Assembly (NCBI GenBank): GCA_963665325.3
Contig: CAXXWS020000001.1
Coordinates: 64,001 to 128,000, forward strand
Source: Alphaproteobacteria bacterium
Lineage (GTDB): Bacteria; Pseudomonadota; Alphaproteobacteria; Bin95
DNA: 64,000 nt
Direction: 5' to 3'
The notes under the pieces were generated by a model, which had not been told where the DNA came from, made no database searches, and was given only the letters and a program-made list of their open reading frames with translations. The first letter of the stretch is position 1. Each line of letters opens with the position of its first letter. A program made the position numbers and the translations under genes. Below, piece by piece: positions 61,696 through 64,000 of the stretch.

Positions 61696-61805
61696 GCGGA
61701 CGGGAAAATCGCGCGGCAGCGGGGCAGAGTCCAGTCCGGCTGCCGTCGGCTGCCGTGAAGAGGCCACCCGGGCCTGGAGTACCGGAGTCTTGTGGCACAG
61801 CCATG

Positions 61806-61844
61806 TTGACGCGGACGAAGATCTAGCCATAATGTTAGCTAGAT
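61806..61844 (+). promoter_or_regulatory. Promoter/operator of phd-vapC
   Basis: TTGACG (61806), 16 nt, CATAAT (61828), overlapped by the palindrome ATCTAGC...GCTAGAT. Confidence 0.65.
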
Positions 61845-61867
61845 ATGCCGAAGAGCGGTGAAAGTCG

Positions 61868-62101
61868 ATGCACGTCGTCAATGTTCATCAAGCGAAAACC
61901 GGACTTTCCCGGTTGTTGGCGCGGGTCGAGGCCGGCGAGGACGTGGTGATCGCGCGTCGCGGCGAACCCGTCGCGCGTCTCGTCGCCTGCAAGGCCCGAG
62001 TGAAGCGGCAGCCCGACATCCTCAAGGGGAAGCTGGTCGTTTCCGATGCTTTCTTCGATCCGCTGCCGGAGGAAGAGCTGGCGGCGTGGGAGTCCGGATA
62101 G
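61868..62101 (+). CDS. Phd/YefM antitoxin
   Basis: VNVHQAKTGLSRLLARVEAGEDVVIARRGEPVARL, FFDPLPEEELAAWE. Confidence 0.88.
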   Translation: MHVVNVHQAKTGLSRLLARVEAGEDVVIARRGEPVARLVACKARVKRQPDILKGKLVVSDAFFDPLPEEELAAWESG

Positions 62102-62103
62102 CG

Positions 62104-62490
62104 GTGCAGGTGCTGCTGGACACCCATGCCTTTTTCTGGTGGCTTGCGGACAGCGCGCGTCTTTCGGAACCGGCGCGCGACGCGATCGCAGATGAGTCGA
62201 ATGACATCACAGTCAGCGCAGCGTCCGCCTGGGAAATCGCCACCAAGTTCCGGATCGGCAAACTGCCGGGGTGCGAGGCCGTGGCGCTCGATGTCGCATC
62301 CCACATTGCCGGACAGGGGTTCGAAGAGTTGGCGATCGGCGTTGCAGACGCCGAGCGCGCCGGGCGCCTGCCCGGTTCTCATCGCGACCTGTTCGACCGG
62401 ATTCTCACCGCACAGGCTCTGGCGCGCGACGTCCCGATCGTCTCGGTCGATTCCGTATTCGACAGCTTCGGCGTCATTCGTCTGTGGTGA
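62104..62490 (+). CDS. vapC: PIN-domain VapC toxin
   Basis: LLDTHAFFW, VSAASAWEIATK, HRDLFDRIL, VSVD. Confidence 0.88.
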   Translation: MQVLLDTHAFFWWLADSARLSEPARDAIADESNDITVSAASAWEIATKFRIGKLPGCEAVALDVASHIAGQGFEELAIGVADAERAGRLPGSHRDLFDRILTAQALARDVPIVSVDSVFDSFGVIRLW

Positions 62491-62534
62491 CCGGATTGCG
62501 CGGCATGCTCCGTCGTTCAGGACGGGGAGGATGT

Positions 62535-62765
62535 CTGCGCCGGGCTTCGGGCGGCCAGGGCGCGCGGCCGCAAGGGCGGTCGGAAGCCGGCCCTGACCAA
62601 GGCGCAGGTCCGCACGATCCAAGCAGCCATGGCCCACCGGGACACATCGGTCTCGGAACAGTGCAGGGGCTCGGGATCTCGCCCGTCATCCTCTACCGCT
62701 ATGTCGATCCGCAGGGAAACCTGCGAGACCACGTGCAAAATCTCGCGACACTTGACCGCGATTGA
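62535..62765 (+). pseudogene. Serine resolvase C-terminal fragment
   Basis: AGLRAARARGRKGGRKPAL...LGISPVILYRYV, frameshifted, no catalytic domain. Confidence 0.75.
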
Positions 62766-62790
62766 CGGAAAGCGCGTACTCGGCGCTTAG

Positions 62791-63810
62791 CCCAAGTTTA
62801 ACGTTTTGGTGGCCGATTTTGTCGAGATTGGCCGGCGCGGTGTCATCAAGCCATTGATATTGCTGTATTGAGGTTTCCGGGGGCGCAATGTAGTGCCATA
62901 ATATTTTCGCTTGGGTATTTCTAGACCTTGCGCCCGCTCCTATGCTGTGCGCCATGTTCATTCGCCGCACCAGGACCGGAACCGGCGAGCGCGGCGAGGT
63001 CTATTATTCCCATCGCCTTGTTCGCTCGGAGCGCGACGGCGGGCAGATCCGCCAGCGCACCCTGCTCAACCTGGGGAGCGACTTCCCTGTCGAGCGGCGG
63101 CACTGGGCGGTGCTGTGCAGCCGGATCCAGCAGCAGCTCGACCGCCAGGCCGAGCTGGTTCCGCTGTCCTGTCCGGAGGAGGTCGAGCGGCACGCCCAGC
63201 GCATCGCCGCGCAATTGCTCAACAGCGCGCCGTCCGGCGGGACCGGGCGCCCTGACCTGCAGACGGTGGATGTCGGCTCCCTGGAGCTGATCCGCCCGCG
63301 TTCGGTCGGCGTCGAGCATGTCGGGCTGTGGGCCATGGAGCGGACCTATACCTCGCTCACCGATGTGGAGGCGGTGTTCCGATCGCTCAAGTCGGAACTC
63401 GGCCTGCGCCCCATCTTCCACCAGACCCAGAGGCGCTCCGACGGCCACCTGTTCATCACCGTGATCGCCTACCAGATGGTGCAGACCATCCGCCGGCGCC
63501 TCGCCCAGCAGGGCGAATACGCCAGCTGGGCCAGCCTGCGAGCCATCCTCGAAGGCCAGCAGCGGGTCACCGCGACCTTCAGGCGCAAGGACGGACGCAC
63601 CTTGCATGTCCGCAAGGCCACACGGGCCGAGCCCGAACAGCAGGAAATCTATCGCGCGCTCGGCATCGACCCCGCCCCTGGAGGCATCAGGAAAATGATC
63701 GTCTGATCCCGAACCGGGCGAAATAACCGAAATGTAGTGCCAGACGCGAAATAGTTGCTCCGTAAGGCATTGATAATCAATGATCTTTAAAATGCTCTGT
63801 TAAACTTGGG
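62791..63810 (+). mobile_element. IS1634-family element, internally deleted (1,020 bp)
   Basis: Terminal IRs CCCAAGTTTAAC / GTTAAACTTGGG; TTAG duplicated at 62787-62790 and 63811-63814. Confidence 0.85.
62954..63706 (+). pseudogene. IS1634 transposase with in-frame loss of the central region
   Basis: MFIRRT...RQRTLLNLG N-terminus joined at GLWAME-RTYTSL to VEAVFRSLKSELGLRPIFHQ...GHLFI. Confidence 0.8.
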
Positions 63811-63811
63811 T

Positions 63812-64000
63812 TAGAGCCCCTCCGCGTACATGTCCCACGTCACGCCGTCCACACCGGCGGCAGCGTCCCGCTTCAGCGAGTGGAACGCCTCTTCCAGCAC
63901 AGGCACCGTGATGTGGTGCAGGAGCGCCACAAGACGCTCATCCGGGTTCCTCTTGGCAGCTTGCCGTATCCGGTCGGCCGCCTGTGTCACGCTTGCCCGC
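63812..64000 (-). pseudogene. Group II intron reverse transcriptase N-terminal fragment
   Basis: ADRIRQAAKRNPDERLVALLHHITVPVLEEAFHSLKRDAAAGVDGVTW, ending at a TAA within the IS target site; runs off the window. Confidence 0.75.

Noticed and set aside
63812-64000. Reverse transcriptase as part of a DGR or retron acting on the surface proteins
   Set aside because: The sequence is a group II intron-type N-terminus and is truncated; no adenine-specific TR/VR pair was seen
1-64000. tRNA, rRNA genes or CRISPR arrays
   Set aside because: None recognised by eye; tRNAscan-SE, Infernal and a CRISPR finder would be needed to exclude them

Overview
GC-rich bacterial DNA, probably an alphaproteobacterium (porin type and gene content; inference). 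Three parts. (1) 1-19.1 kb is an intact catabolic and transport block: Liv-type ABC transporter, two GSTs, GGT, TPP enzyme, LLM monooxygenase, TTC38-like protein, TauD dioxygenase, hydrolases, enolase, methyltransferase and M19 dipeptidase. (2) 19.1-31.3 kb is a mobilizable-element remnant: three tandem ribbon-helix-helix genes, a coiled-coil gene and a MOBF/TrwC relaxase-helicase. The relaxase is split by a 4,384-bp TGAG...CTCA transposon carrying four co-oriented genes (Zn-finger/HTH protein, DDE transposase, ExeA/TnsC-like ATPase, AAA_25 RepA-like helicase) plus origin-like inverted hexamer repeats and a long hairpin. (3) 31.3-64 kb is an eroding accessory region with two inverted paralogous porin-lipoprotein-Slam (type XI secretion) operons showing conserved ends and variable middles, further lipoprotein cargo genes, an autotransporter, a PQQ dehydrogenase, an adenylate cyclase, six type II toxin-antitoxin modules and many short relics (IS110, IS21, IS1380, IS66, IS1634, integrase, resolvase, group II intron RT). 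The best candidates for an undescribed system are the helicase-carrying transposon and the porin-lipoprotein-Slam cassettes. All calls are by-eye motif recognition; no searches were run.
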